Origin: Patescibacteria group bacterium
GTDB taxonomy: Bacteria; Patescibacteriota; Patescibacteriia; UBA9934
Direction of reading: 5' to 3'
DNA: 46,599 nt
Assembly: GCA_018896835.1 (NCBI GenBank)
Contig: JAHILS010000035.1
Coordinates: 1 to 46,599 of the forward strand
Shown in pieces: positions 1 to 8,527 of this stretch. The translations under genes and the position numbers were made by a program. Every line of letters begins with the position of its first letter. Position 1 is the stretch's first letter. The notes under the pieces were generated by a model, which saw only the letters and a program-made list of their open reading frames with translations, made no database searches and had not been told where the DNA came from.

Positions 1-2105
1 CCACCCGACTCTGGGTCTTTGCCAAGGTTAACCAAAGGTTCTTGAGCAGCTTTTTTTTGTTGTTTGGTTGTTTCTAAAATCACCCTAGCGGTCGCCTCGT
101 CTACTTTTAGCACACTAACGTCTTCTGGAAATGAGGCATTAAGTTTTCCGGCTTTTAGATATGGGCCATAGGGACCAATTTGCGCCGTGATTACTTCACC
201 GGCCTGAGTTTTTCCAACTTCGCGTGGCAAGTCAAGAAGTGGCATAACTTCCTCAAGCGTGACAGTGTCCATGCTCATGCCTTTAAGTAGTGATGAGCTT
301 TTTGGTTTAGGAATAGTTTTATCTTCTTTATTATAAATTCCTAGTTGAACATATGGTCCAAAGCGACCCGATTTGATGAATACTGGCTTGCCAGACGCTG
401 GATCAATACCAAGTTCGCGTTCATGCAAAACGTCAGAGCGGGAAAGTCCACCAGTTTTTTCTTCTAAATTTTTATGAAAAGGTTTGTAAAATGCATCAAG
501 TGTTGGCACCCACTTTGCTTTTCCCTCAGCAATGTCGTCAAGATTTTTTTCCATGCTGGCAGTGAAAGCGTAGTCAACAATGTCAGGGAAATGTTCGACG
601 AGCAGGTCGGTGACAATGAGCGCCGTGTTTGTGGGAGCAAGTTTTTTGCGATCATCGCGCTCCACATAGCCACGATCAATAATTGTGCTTATTGTTGGCG
701 CATATGTTGAAGGTCGCCCAATCCCGTATTCTTCCATAATTTTAACAAGTGTTGCATCAGAATATCGGGCAGGAGGTTCTGTGAAATGTTGTTTTCCATC
801 AATTTGGTTGGCAACGATTTTGTCGCCCTTGGTAACTTCTGGCAAAACAGTTTCCTTGGCAGTGCGGTAGACCTTCATAAATCCATCAAAAACTATTACG
901 TTTCCAGTGGCTCGGAAGGTATAGTCCTTAGCAGTAAGGTCAATTCCAGTTTGGGCTATTTTTGCGTTTGGAAGCTGAGTTGCGATTGTTCGGCGCCAAA
1001 TAAGATCATAAAGTTTCCACATGCCATCGTCTTTAAGGCTTGATCGAATACTCTCAGGCGTAGCACCAGGATCAGTTGGACGAATAGCTTCGTGAGCTTC
1101 TTGTGCGCCCTTACTTTTTGTTTTATAGGCAACAGCACCTTTGGCATAAGTTGATCCAAAAGCAGACTGTATATATTGTTGCGCCTCTCCTAGAAATTTA
1201 TCAGCTAGGTTTAGAGAGTCGGTACGCATGTAAGTGATGCGTCCTGTTTCGTAAAGCTTCTGGGCCAGCACCATGGTTTGTTTGGCACCAAATCCAAGTT
1301 TCGTGTTGGCTTCTTGTTGAAGCGTGGAAGTGGTGAGCGGAACAGGTGGTTTTCTGGTAGCTTCCTTCTTTTCTATTGCCTCAACTACGAAGTTGGCTCC
1401 AACCAGATCTGTGGTAATTTTATCTGATTGTTCTTTTGTTTTGATATCAAGCTTATCGACTTTTTTGCCATTGATTTTGGAAAGTTTACCATCAAATTTT
1501 TCTGCGTCTTTTTCAAACTGGCCTTCAATGGTCCAATATTCTTCTTGCTTAAATGCGTTTCGTTCACGTTCACGCTCGACTATCAATCGCAAGGCAACAG
1601 ATTGTACACGTCCGGCGGAAAGCCCACGCTGAACTTTTTTCCACAAGAATGGTGAAAGCTCGTATCCCACAAGTCTGTCTAAGATTCGTCGAGTTTGTTG
1701 GGCGTCGACAAGATCTTCGTAAAGTGGACGTGGGTGTTTTAAGGCTTCCTCGATTGCATGCTTGGTGATTTCGTGAAAGGCAATCCGTTTAATATCTTTG
1801 TTATCAATATTTAGAACTTGAGCGATGTGCCAGGCAATAGCTTCTCCTTCTCGGTCTTCATCAGTTGCCAAGTAGATTTGTTCAACTTGTTTGGCAGCGG
1901 ACTTAAGTTCCAAAACACGTTTGCGTTTGTCAATTGGAATTTCGTAAGTTGGTTGGTAGTCATGTTCAACATCGACTCCAGTTTTCTTTTTTGGCAAATC
2001 TCGTATATGGCCAAAAGACGACAAAACCTCGTACTGCGCGCCGAGGAATTTTTTAATAGTTTTAGCTTTTGTAGGAGACTCAACAATCAGGAGTGTTTTT
2101 GCCAT
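1..2105 (-). CDS. topA: DNA topoisomerase I (type IA); C-terminal end runs off the window
   Basis: Not in the supplied ORF track because there is no in-window stop. The reverse complement from the ATG at 2105 reads open to position 1. It shows MAKTLLIVESPTKAKTIKKFLG (Toprim), ATDEDREGEAIAWH and the catalytic-Tyr motif GRITYMRTDS. The small track ORFs at 464-2111 are frame shadows of it. Confidence 0.93.
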   Translation of the reverse strand, partial: MAKTLLIVESPTKAKTIKKFLGAQYEVLSSFGHIRDLPKKKTGVDVEHDYQPTYEIPIDKRKRVLELKSAAKQVEQIYLATDEDREGEAIAWHIAQVLNIDNKDIKRIAFHEITKHAIEEALKHPRPLYEDLVDAQQTRRILDRLVGYELSPFLWKKVQRGLSAGRVQSVALRLIVERERERNAFKQEEYWTIEGQFEKDAEKFDGKLSKINGKKVDKLDIKTKEQSDKITTDLVGANFVVEAIEKKEATRKPPVPLTTSTLQQEANTKLGFGAKQTMVLAQKLYETGRITYMRTDSLNLADKFLGEAQQYIQSAFGSTYAKGAVAYKTKSKGAQEAHEAIRPTDPGATPESIRSSLKDDGMWKLYDLIWRRTIATQLPNAKIAQTGIDLTAKDYTFRATGNVIVFDGFMKVYRTAKETVLPEVTKGDKIVANQIDGKQHFTEPPARYSDATLVKIMEEYGIGRPSTYAPTISTIIDRGYVERDDRKKLAPTNTALIVTDLLVEHFPDIVDYAFTASMEKNLDDIAEGKAKWVPTLDAFYKPFHKNLEEKTGGLSRSDVLHERELGIDPASGKPVFIKSGRFGPYVQLGIYNKEDKTIPKPKSSSLLKGMSMDTVTLEEVMPLLDLPREVGKTQAGEVITAQIGPYGPYLKAGKLNASFPEDVSVLKVDEATARVILETTKQQKKAAQEPLVNLGKDPESG

Positions 2106-2173
2106 AATTAATGGTTTTCGCTAGTTTCGATGAGCAAATCATGCAGGAACACAAGCCATGTGTCAAGCTTTAC

Positions 2174-3205
2174 TTAATTTTTATGATTAGGATTGTAAGC
2201 AATAGAGTAGTCCCATCCAAATGCAGATGGGCCAAATAATTCGTACCCTTTTTCACTCTCCCAACAAGGGATTGATTTGCAGGCAAGAATCGCAACTTTT
2301 TGCGAAAGATAATTATTAAGATCTGAATTGTGAATTGGAAATCCATTTAAATCACAAAGTATTATTAGGTGTGGACAGGTGATGATTGGTCTGTTGTCCC
2401 TTAATAAAATTAAATGTTCATTTTGAATAAGATCTTCGTAGACGGCGCTTGATCCTTGAAGTACGACTTTTGATATTAAGAAATCGTCTTTTGCTTCCTG
2501 TTTAATGTCAGTAATTTTTGCAATATCAATCAAGTCAATGTTATGATTTTTTAATCCTTTTATCCCAAGTATGTTAATTGAATTTCCAATTTCTAGCGAT
2601 CTTTTTAGATTTCCGCAAGATAAGATTGGAATATCATGCGTTTCCATGAAATGATCAATCACAACAACAAGACTGTTTGTTTCTTTAGCAATAGATCGCA
2701 CGAAGTATTCAAGAGATTTTGGGTCCATGTCTTCTTTTATGAATATATTTCCTTTTGTGTCGAGGATAATCGCTGGCGTTGTTGATCGTCCATGTAAAGG
2801 GAATAGATCTTGCATTATCTCAGGCACTGCTCGACCACCTGTCCCATCAGCATCTAATAACTTGAGTCCAGTCTGATGTGCTATGCTCATTGCTAAATGT
2901 TCAACGCCAAGCTCGCCTACAATAATTCCAGCAAGTTTATTTTTTGCATATTCACGAGCAATGTCGATGCCTTTTGTGAGAAGGTCTGAAAATTGCGCAT
3001 TACGAAGCGACGCTGGACCAACAGCATAAACAGTACAAAGCATTTGACCAGGATGAAAATCCTTTGCTTCATAAATTGGAAAGTTTTCTTTTGGTAGTTC
3101 GATCAAAGAATTACATTTTTCTGCGTAAGGACAGCCTCCACCTGTTGCCAGAAGAGCAGCGCCTAAAAATATATCTTTTAATTGTTGCGTTGAGCAGTAA
3201 TACAT
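2174..3205 (-). CDS. DUF917-family protein (hydantoinase-associated / S-methyl-thiohydantoin desulfurase-like family)
   Basis: 343-aa ORF. N-terminal GAALLATGGGCPY and central GELGVEHLAMSIAHQTGLKLLDADGTGGRAVPE resemble the conserved DUF917 blocks (GTGGGG ... DaD.mGRA.PE). Confidence 0.6.
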   Translation of the reverse strand: MYYCSTQQLKDIFLGAALLATGGGCPYAEKCNSLIELPKENFPIYEAKDFHPGQMLCTVYAVGPASLRNAQFSDLLTKGIDIAREYAKNKLAGIIVGELGVEHLAMSIAHQTGLKLLDADGTGGRAVPEIMQDLFPLHGRSTTPAIILDTKGNIFIKEDMDPKSLEYFVRSIAKETNSLVVVIDHFMETHDIPILSCGNLKRSLEIGNSINILGIKGLKNHNIDLIDIAKITDIKQEAKDDFLISKVVLQGSSAVYEDLIQNEHLILLRDNRPIITCPHLIILCDLNGFPIHNSDLNNYLSQKVAILACKSIPCWESEKGYELFGPSAFGWDYSIAYNPNHKN

Positions 3206-3223
3206 AAAATTTTAACATTGGTT

Positions 3224-3249
3224 GGCTCGGGGATTTTAGTCCCCGAGCC
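3224..3249 (-). terminator. 10-bp GC-rich hairpin just downstream of the 427-aa gene
   Basis: GGCTCGGGGA-ttttag-TCCCCGAGCC lies 8 nt after the stop at 3257. It has no clean U-run, so it may act as an attenuator or stabiliser rather than a full terminator. Confidence 0.45.
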
Positions 3250-3256
3250 AGATGAG

Positions 3257-4540
3257 TTAGAACACCTGTCTAATCATGCGCGTAAGATATGCATACAGAA
3301 TATCATGTTGATTTTTCCATGTGCACATGAGCTCATGAGAGGCTCGCACTTTGAGTGTTGCTTCTTTCACTGCTTGGTGACGCTGTTTTACACTGATCCC
3401 ATAGGTTGGGATATGCGCACAAGCACGAGTTGATTCGTTTTCGATGTGTTGCCATAGTGCGTGAATTGCATAAAGCGCTTCTCGGCATTCTGGGAACATA
3501 TATAGACAGTTCAGACCGTCTGCGTAGAGATCGTCACTGACAAGTGCTGGCACTCGCGTGATGTCCATTGTTTTCAGGCGACTTGCCAAGAATTCCTCGC
3601 GTTTTCCTGTACAACAGGTTTGGCTGGATGTTGTATTTGCAAACCCCAGTCGCCCGTCTGCTTGCACATATGGGAAAAATGCGATTCCTCCGGCAACTCC
3701 TGAGTTGTCATTTTTGCCATAACCATTTTTCAACAAGTATTCCTTAAACATCATGAGTAGAATACTTATATTTGATCCTGAGTCATTTAGCGGATACATG
3801 GCTTCAGTGAAGTGGTGATATGGCTCTACAACCAGGTACTCGCTTTCCCTTGGAATAATCCCATGTTCACGCAGTGTATCTGCCCACGATCCAGTAAAAG
3901 ACCAGATGACCTGCGAACGGGTAAAACCGAGTGGTGCGCGCCTGAAGGATTTTAGGCCATTGAAGAATTCATCAGCTTTTTTCTGCATTGGCAAAGCAGA
4001 GAAGTAGCATGGTTTTATTTCTCCATGTACTCCATGTTGATCTGCAAATCGACTGAACATATGCAGATGTCGCTGCCCCTGTTCCTGGAAAGCACTTAGC
4101 AAATGCTCACGATGATCAGCAAACAAGCTGTCCTCGAGAATATCAAGGTGCATATCTGCGCCAGCGATTGGGAGCATGGGGTCAGTGATCTGAGTAAGAT
4201 TTGGGAGAGATTTGATTAGCTTGCTAATCTCATCCTCCTTCTGGCCAGTGTATTTTCCATCTGCAGTTGTGATCAGGCAGGACCCACCAGCGACTACAAT
4301 AGGCTTTGAGCTCCGAATAATGCTTATGATATCAGCTGAGAAGCGAATTGCCTTGAAGGCTGATGGCCCCATCCATTGATAGAGTTCGTCTGCTTCTTGC
4401 TCGGTAAGATCCTTCCAGCTAATACCATGGCCCATGAATCCCATCCACTGTTCAAGATCGAGCAGTTCAGCATAGCGGGGAATAAGAGTCGGGATGAGTA
4501 GCTCATCCTGGAAACGAATTACGCTCTGTGCTGTTGCCAT
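3257..4540 (-). CDS. hypothetical protein, 427 aa, family not recognised
   Basis: The track ORF extends to 4666. The ATG at 4540 is preceded by AGGAGAAGTC (a strong SD) and gives MATAQSVIRFQDELL.... GC is visibly higher than in flanking genes. Confidence 0.6.
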   Translation of the reverse strand: MATAQSVIRFQDELLIPTLIPRYAELLDLEQWMGFMGHGISWKDLTEQEADELYQWMGPSAFKAIRFSADIISIIRSSKPIVVAGGSCLITTADGKYTGQKEDEISKLIKSLPNLTQITDPMLPIAGADMHLDILEDSLFADHREHLLSAFQEQGQRHLHMFSRFADQHGVHGEIKPCYFSALPMQKKADEFFNGLKSFRRAPLGFTRSQVIWSFTGSWADTLREHGIIPRESEYLVVEPYHHFTEAMYPLNDSGSNISILLMMFKEYLLKNGYGKNDNSGVAGGIAFFPYVQADGRLGFANTTSSQTCCTGKREEFLASRLKTMDITRVPALVSDDLYADGLNCLYMFPECREALYAIHALWQHIENESTRACAHIPTYGISVKQRHQAVKEATLKVRASHELMCTWKNQHDILYAYLTRMIRQVF

Positions 4541-4897
4541 GACTTCTCCTTTTGAAGTATTTGACAGGTGTGAAGGAACGAAAGGAACCCCGCAAAATAG
4601 CGAGGTTCCTTTGAAGGCCTGTGAACTGTAATACGCAAAACAGCCCACAGAGAGCCTTCGAAGCAACCCCTCTGTTTGAGTAGTATTTGCGTATTACATT
4701 TAAAAAGAACATGAGCGACTCTCAGAGCCGCTCATTTTGATTCTTGTTTTTATTTTACTTAACAATCAAAATAACCGACTCTGAGAAACATAAAGCTCCA
4801 GAATCGGCGCATATTATTTTTGGTTGTGTTAATCATTGCTAACATATCTTGTGAATACAGTATCATCTAGGTTTATAATTTTGTCAAATTTATTTAT

Positions 4898-6226
4898 TTA
4901 GTGTTGTGGATATGATAAATTTGATTTTATTATTTTTTCTTCATCAATCCACTGTGTGCGCATTTCGCCACTTAAAAATAGTGAGCCGGTGATGATGATA
5001 GCTTCATCATTTTTGATAGTTTTTTTGGCATGCGCGAGTGCGTCTGCGTGGTCTAAGAATGCACCAGATTGTTTTGCTTTGGGAATAAGTTTTAGTAGCT
5101 GCGCCGGGTTGGAAGCTTTTCTTTGGTCCATTTCAAATCGAGTAGTCGTAATTTTGGTAACGTGAGGGATGAGTAGATCAAGCATTGTTGAGGCATCTTT
5201 ATTAGCTGCACAGCCAAAAATCAAATGCACTGGTTTGTTTAAAGTTTTTAGGCGTTTAACAGTTGTTGCGATTTTAGCAGGGGAGTGAGCGCCGTCCAAA
5301 ATAATTATTGGCGATTTTTGCATTGTTTCGAATCGACATGGCAGTCGCTTAAGGTTTTTTAAAACTGATTCGATCGCACTGTCTGATATTTGAATTTCTT
5401 TGGCAACCGCGATAGCTAGAGAAATATTGTGTTGTTGATGTTCGCCGTGCTCGACATTGATTAAGTTTTCTATAGGAGGATTAATAAAGAAAAGTGCGGA
5501 ATTATTTTTTATTGCTTCATCCATGAAAACTTTTCTAATTTTTGGTCTTGTCTCCCCGCAAAAAACAATACCATCTTTTTTTATAATCCCAGCCTTCTCA
5601 TAGGCAATCTTTGCCAGGGTGTCACCTAAAAGTTCGGTGTGATCTTTGTCGATATTGGTGATTATCGCAACCTCTGGAGTAGGAATAACGTTGGTTGCGT
5701 CCCATCTTCCGCCACATCCAGCTTCTAGTACACACCATTTTGCACCAGCGTTTTGAAAAGCAAAAAGTGCCAGGCATGTAGAAAGTTCAAAAAATGAAAG
5801 TGGGGTGTTATTACCTTGTAGAAATTTTTCGTAAACTTTAGTTAGTTTTTCGATATTATCAATCAAGTCTTTTGCTGGAAGAAGATTATTTCCAAATTGG
5901 AAGCGTTCCAAAAAAGTTGTTGTGTGTGGTGAAAGATAAGTGCCAACTTTTTTCTTATCAGCTGATAGCATTTGATGCATTGCGTAAGCTACTGAGCCTT
6001 TTCCGCTTGTGCCAGCGATATGAATTATTTTTAGTTTTTTGTGAGGGGAGCCAAGAGCGGTTAAAAAATCTTCTGTTCGTTTGAGTGAGTTTCTAAGCTC
6101 GGCTTTTGAGTCTGAATAATTTTTATCACAAAGATTTGCGAGCGATAAAAAAGATTTGTAAGTTTGTTTGTATTGTTCAAATAAGTTAAGCATATGTGTA
6201 ATATTGTCCGCCAGTATCTTGTACAA
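4898..6226 (-). CDS. folC: folylpolyglutamate synthase / dihydrofolate synthase (Mur-ligase family)
   Basis: P-loop HIAGTSGKGS, YLSPH and DATN motifs. The real start may be the ATG at 6193 (MLNLFEQ), because a 6226 start overlaps dprA by 41 nt. Confidence 0.85.
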   Translation of the reverse strand: MYKILADNITHMLNLFEQYKQTYKSFLSLANLCDKNYSDSKAELRNSLKRTEDFLTALGSPHKKLKIIHIAGTSGKGSVAYAMHQMLSADKKKVGTYLSPHTTTFLERFQFGNNLLPAKDLIDNIEKLTKVYEKFLQGNNTPLSFFELSTCLALFAFQNAGAKWCVLEAGCGGRWDATNVIPTPEVAIITNIDKDHTELLGDTLAKIAYEKAGIIKKDGIVFCGETRPKIRKVFMDEAIKNNSALFFINPPIENLINVEHGEHQQHNISLAIAVAKEIQISDSAIESVLKNLKRLPCRFETMQKSPIIILDGAHSPAKIATTVKRLKTLNKPVHLIFGCAANKDASTMLDLLIPHVTKITTTRFEMDQRKASNPAQLLKLIPKAKQSGAFLDHADALAHAKKTIKNDEAIIITGSLFLSGEMRTQWIDEEKIIKSNLSYPQH

Positions 6227-7313
6227 ATCCTTTAAGCTCGAGTACGGAAAGAATTGCAGAAATTTGGTGCGCTGGCAAATTAGTTTGGCGAGTTATTTCA
6301 TCTATGTGGATTGGTGCTTGAGAGAGAAGATTAAGTATTGCAGTTTCTTCTGGTGTTGATCCGATCGGCTTTTGTTTTATTTGGGTGCGAGCGGGCGTGC
6401 AAAATTCCATTTCAAATACGTCTGAAATATCCTGCGCACAGGTTACCATATGTGCACCATTTTTAAGAAGTAGGTTTGTTCCTTTGGAGGTTGGTGAGGT
6501 AATCGAACCAGGCACGGCGAATACTTCACGATTTTGTTCTAAGGCTGACTTGGCAGTAATTAAAGATCCAGATTTTTCCACAGCCTCAATTACCAGTGTG
6601 CCATTACTAATGCCAGAGATAATTCGGTTGCGGATAGGGAAGTTTTGTTTGGCGCCATGCATTAAAAGAGGGAACTCGCTAATAATTGTGCCATTATTTT
6701 CTATTATTAGTTTTTGCACAGCTTGTTCTCGGGTTGTTGGTGGATTTAAAATCCCAAATCCCAATACTGCTATGGTAATTTCGCCAACATCGATTGTTGA
6801 CCTGTGCACAATTTCATCAATGCCAAACGCTAGCCCGCTCACTGTCACAATTCCTTGTTTAGCAATTTCTTGCGTTAGATTTTTAGCAACCTGCATGCCA
6901 TAGTCGCTGGCTTTGCGTGAGCCAACGATTGAGAGTGAATTGTGGTCATTAAGATTTGGTAACGTACCTTTTACAAAAAGAAGATAAGGCGGGTCGTAGA
7001 TTTGTTTAAGCAGTGAAGGATAAGAATCATCAGTTAGTGTCAGAATTGATATTTGATTATCTAACACTTGTTGCATTAGCGCCTCGGGATTGATGTTTTT
7101 ACGGAATTCCAAGAATTCATTAATTACATTGTCATGAATTCCGGCTTGCTTTAGGTTAGACGCTGAGGTTTCAAATGCGCTTTGCGCTGAACTAAAATAA
7201 TCCATCAACCGTGCCAAAGATTTAGATCCGAATTTGGGAAATTCATTAAGAGCGATGAGGTAGTTTAGATCTGAAATCATAAGAGTATTATAGCAGACAT
7301 CCTTAATTTCCAT
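6186..7313 (-). CDS. dprA: DNA processing protein DprA/Smf
   Basis: IVGSRKASDYG ... VSGLAFGIDEIVH ... FPIRNRIISG ... KSGSLITAKSALEQNREVFAVPG, with a C-terminal winged-helix-like tail. Confidence 0.9.
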   Translation of the reverse strand: MEIKDVCYNTLMISDLNYLIALNEFPKFGSKSLARLMDYFSSAQSAFETSASNLKQAGIHDNVINEFLEFRKNINPEALMQQVLDNQISILTLTDDSYPSLLKQIYDPPYLLFVKGTLPNLNDHNSLSIVGSRKASDYGMQVAKNLTQEIAKQGIVTVSGLAFGIDEIVHRSTIDVGEITIAVLGFGILNPPTTREQAVQKLIIENNGTIISEFPLLMHGAKQNFPIRNRIISGISNGTLVIEAVEKSGSLITAKSALEQNREVFAVPGSITSPTSKGTNLLLKNGAHMVTCAQDISDVFEMEFCTPARTQIKQKPIGSTPEETAILNLLSQAPIHIDEITRQTNLPAHQISAILSVLELKGFVQDTGGQYYTYA

Positions 7314-7377
7314 CCCGACGCTATAAAGGATCTTCTTCGGTTCCCATCCCGACGTTAGGAGGGATCTTCTTGATGGT
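7310..7377. repeat. two tandem 34-nt units (about 70% identical) overlapping the dprA start codon
   Basis: CCATCCCGACGCTATAAAGGATCTTCTTCGGTTC / CCATCCCGACGTTAGGAGGGATCTTCTTGATGGT. Related copies occur at 9254-9285 (inverted) and 42093-42125. Confidence 0.6.
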
Positions 7378-7412
7378 TAAGAATTTATGGAAACATATAA
7401 ATTAAAATAGGC

Positions 7413-7456
7413 CTTAAAAATAAAAACAATGAACCCCCACACGAACGCAGGGGTTC
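7413..7456 (-). terminator. intrinsic terminator of the high-GC orphan gene
   Basis: Minus strand reads GAACCCC-tgcgttcgtgtg-GGGGTTC followed by ATTGTTTTTATTTTT. Confidence 0.7.
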
Positions 7457-7486
7457 AGGCGGGGGTGAGGGCTGGAGGGACTAGCC

Positions 7487-8368
7487 TCAGCGGTCGAAGC
7501 GGTCGTGGCTGCGACTGGTCTCGCGACACGCGCGGCGCGAGCTCTTGATGATGGCCTGCATGCGGGCGTCGAGCTCGGGGGTGGAGACGGCGCAGTGCTC
7601 CTGGAAGCCGGTGGCCGCGCGCATCACGAACGACCTCCAGTTCTCATCACTGACCTGCGGCTCGCGCTGGGGATCGTCCGGGTAGATGATCGACCAGCAT
7701 TGGTTGATCCACATCCGCACGGCATCGCCCCTGTCGCGGTTGCCGTCGAGGACCTCGATCTTGATCGTCGCGTAGCGGACCATCTCGACCAACTGGTTGG
7801 CCTCGCTGTGCGCGTCCACGAGGGCACGGCGGTACCGGGCGAACACCACGCCGTAGGCACGGCGGCGGATGTGGCCCATGAGCCGCTGCTCCTGAGATCC
7901 CTGCCGTTCGGTGTCAGCCGGGACGATCAGGGAGACGTTGGGGTTCTCGATCGGGGCACAGTCCCGCGCCTCTTCCCACAGGATGTAGCAGTCCCGCGGT
8001 TCGAGGCCGATCTTCCAGAGCTCCTCGTGCTTGCGCATGTCACCCTCACCGGTGCGGAAGCTCCGCTTGCCCGACATGAGCACGAGGGTGTTGAAGGCGC
8101 GGTGGGGGAGCCGGGGCCGGTCCTGGTCCCGCAGATCGCGGAAGACCGGCCTGTCGTGCCCGTCGCGGTGCATGAGGTGGCGGTCGGTGAGCAGTGCGGT
8201 GGCGGTTCCGTGCCAGCCACCGACATTTTCGACGAGGAATCGGCCCTCGCCGAAGCCGTAGGCGATCGGGCCCAGGGCCACGATGCCTTCCTTGAAGCTG
8301 TCGCGGGCTTCCTGGCGGTCGAAGCCGACCAGGGGGACGATGCAGGCCTCAGCGGGCTTGTCTAACAT
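7487..8368 (-). CDS. orphan high-GC protein, 293 aa, family not recognised
   Basis: Nearly all third codon positions are G/C on the minus strand. GAGGAG lies 8 nt upstream of the ATG at 8368 (the track starts at GTG 8377). A promoter lies upstream and a terminator downstream. The plus-strand ORF 7505-8365 is low-complexity Ala/Gly/Arg antisense shadow. Confidence 0.75.
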   Translation of the reverse strand: MLDKPAEACIVPLVGFDRQEARDSFKEGIVALGPIAYGFGEGRFLVENVGGWHGTATALLTDRHLMHRDGHDRPVFRDLRDQDRPRLPHRAFNTLVLMSGKRSFRTGEGDMRKHEELWKIGLEPRDCYILWEEARDCAPIENPNVSLIVPADTERQGSQEQRLMGHIRRRAYGVVFARYRRALVDAHSEANQLVEMVRYATIKIEVLDGNRDRGDAVRMWINQCWSIIYPDDPQREPQVSDENWRSFVMRAATGFQEHCAVSTPELDARMQAIIKSSRRACRETSRSHDRFDR

Positions 8369-8438
8369 GGCGGTCACTCCTCATTCCCTTTAGTTTTCAT
8401 CAGCTCAGGCAGGGAACACGCCTTTGAGCAGACGGACA

Positions 8439-8467
8439 AAAATATCACATTTTGGCCAAAATGTCAA
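8439..8467 (-). promoter_or_regulatory. sigma70-like promoter with an overlapping 18-bp perfect palindrome
   Basis: Minus strand reads TTGACA (8467-8462), a 17-nt spacer, then TATTTT (8444-8439). An alternative is TGTGATATT as an extended -10. The palindrome ACATTTTGGCCAAAATGT at 8447-8464 fills the spacer. Confidence 0.55.
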
Positions 8468-8475
8468 TCCCCAAA

Positions 8476-8508
8476 TGCAAAAAAATAGCCAATTTTTGGC
8501 TATTTTTT
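8476..8508. terminator. bidirectional intrinsic terminator after the lipoprotein gene
   Basis: A-run, then ATAGCCAA-ttt-TTGGCTAT, then a T-run. Confidence 0.7.
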
Positions 8509-8527
8509 GAGGTTTATCTGTAGTTGT

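Noticed and set aside
464-2111. About a dozen 60-100-aa ORFs listed in the track for the first 2 kb.
   Set aside because: All lie within, or antisense to, the uninterrupted topA reading frame (1-2105, minus). The track omits topA because its stop lies outside the window.
6385-6903. 172-aa plus-strand ORF antisense to dprA. The ORF at 14316-14774, antisense to hisS, is similar.
   Set aside because: The opposite strand carries unmistakable DprA and HisS motifs, so these are shadows.
7310-7377. The tandem 34-nt repeat considered as a possible CRISPR array.
   Set aside because: There are only two imperfect units with no intervening spacers and no cas genes. No CRISPR array exists anywhere in the window.
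7372-7404. 10-codon plus-strand mini-ORF (MVKNLWKHIN) preceded by TAGGAGGG.
   Set aside because: The SD-like string is part of the repeat unit. There is no conservation evidence and no promoter in that orientation.
7505-8365. 286-aa plus-strand ORF, and the nested ORFs 7624-7860, 7927-8226 and 8031-8261, inside the high-GC block.
   Set aside because: High-GC DNA is stop-poor in all frames. These translate to Ala/Gly/Arg/Val low-complexity sequence and lack a promoter or RBS. The GC3 skew, SD, promoter and terminator all support the minus-strand ORF 7487-8368.
8393-8404. CUGAUGA(AAAC) in the leader of the high-GC gene, which resembles a hammerhead ribozyme core.
   Set aside because: No stem II between CUGAUGA and GAAA is present, and no stems I/III or cleavage-site context can be drawn. 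This is a chance heptamer.
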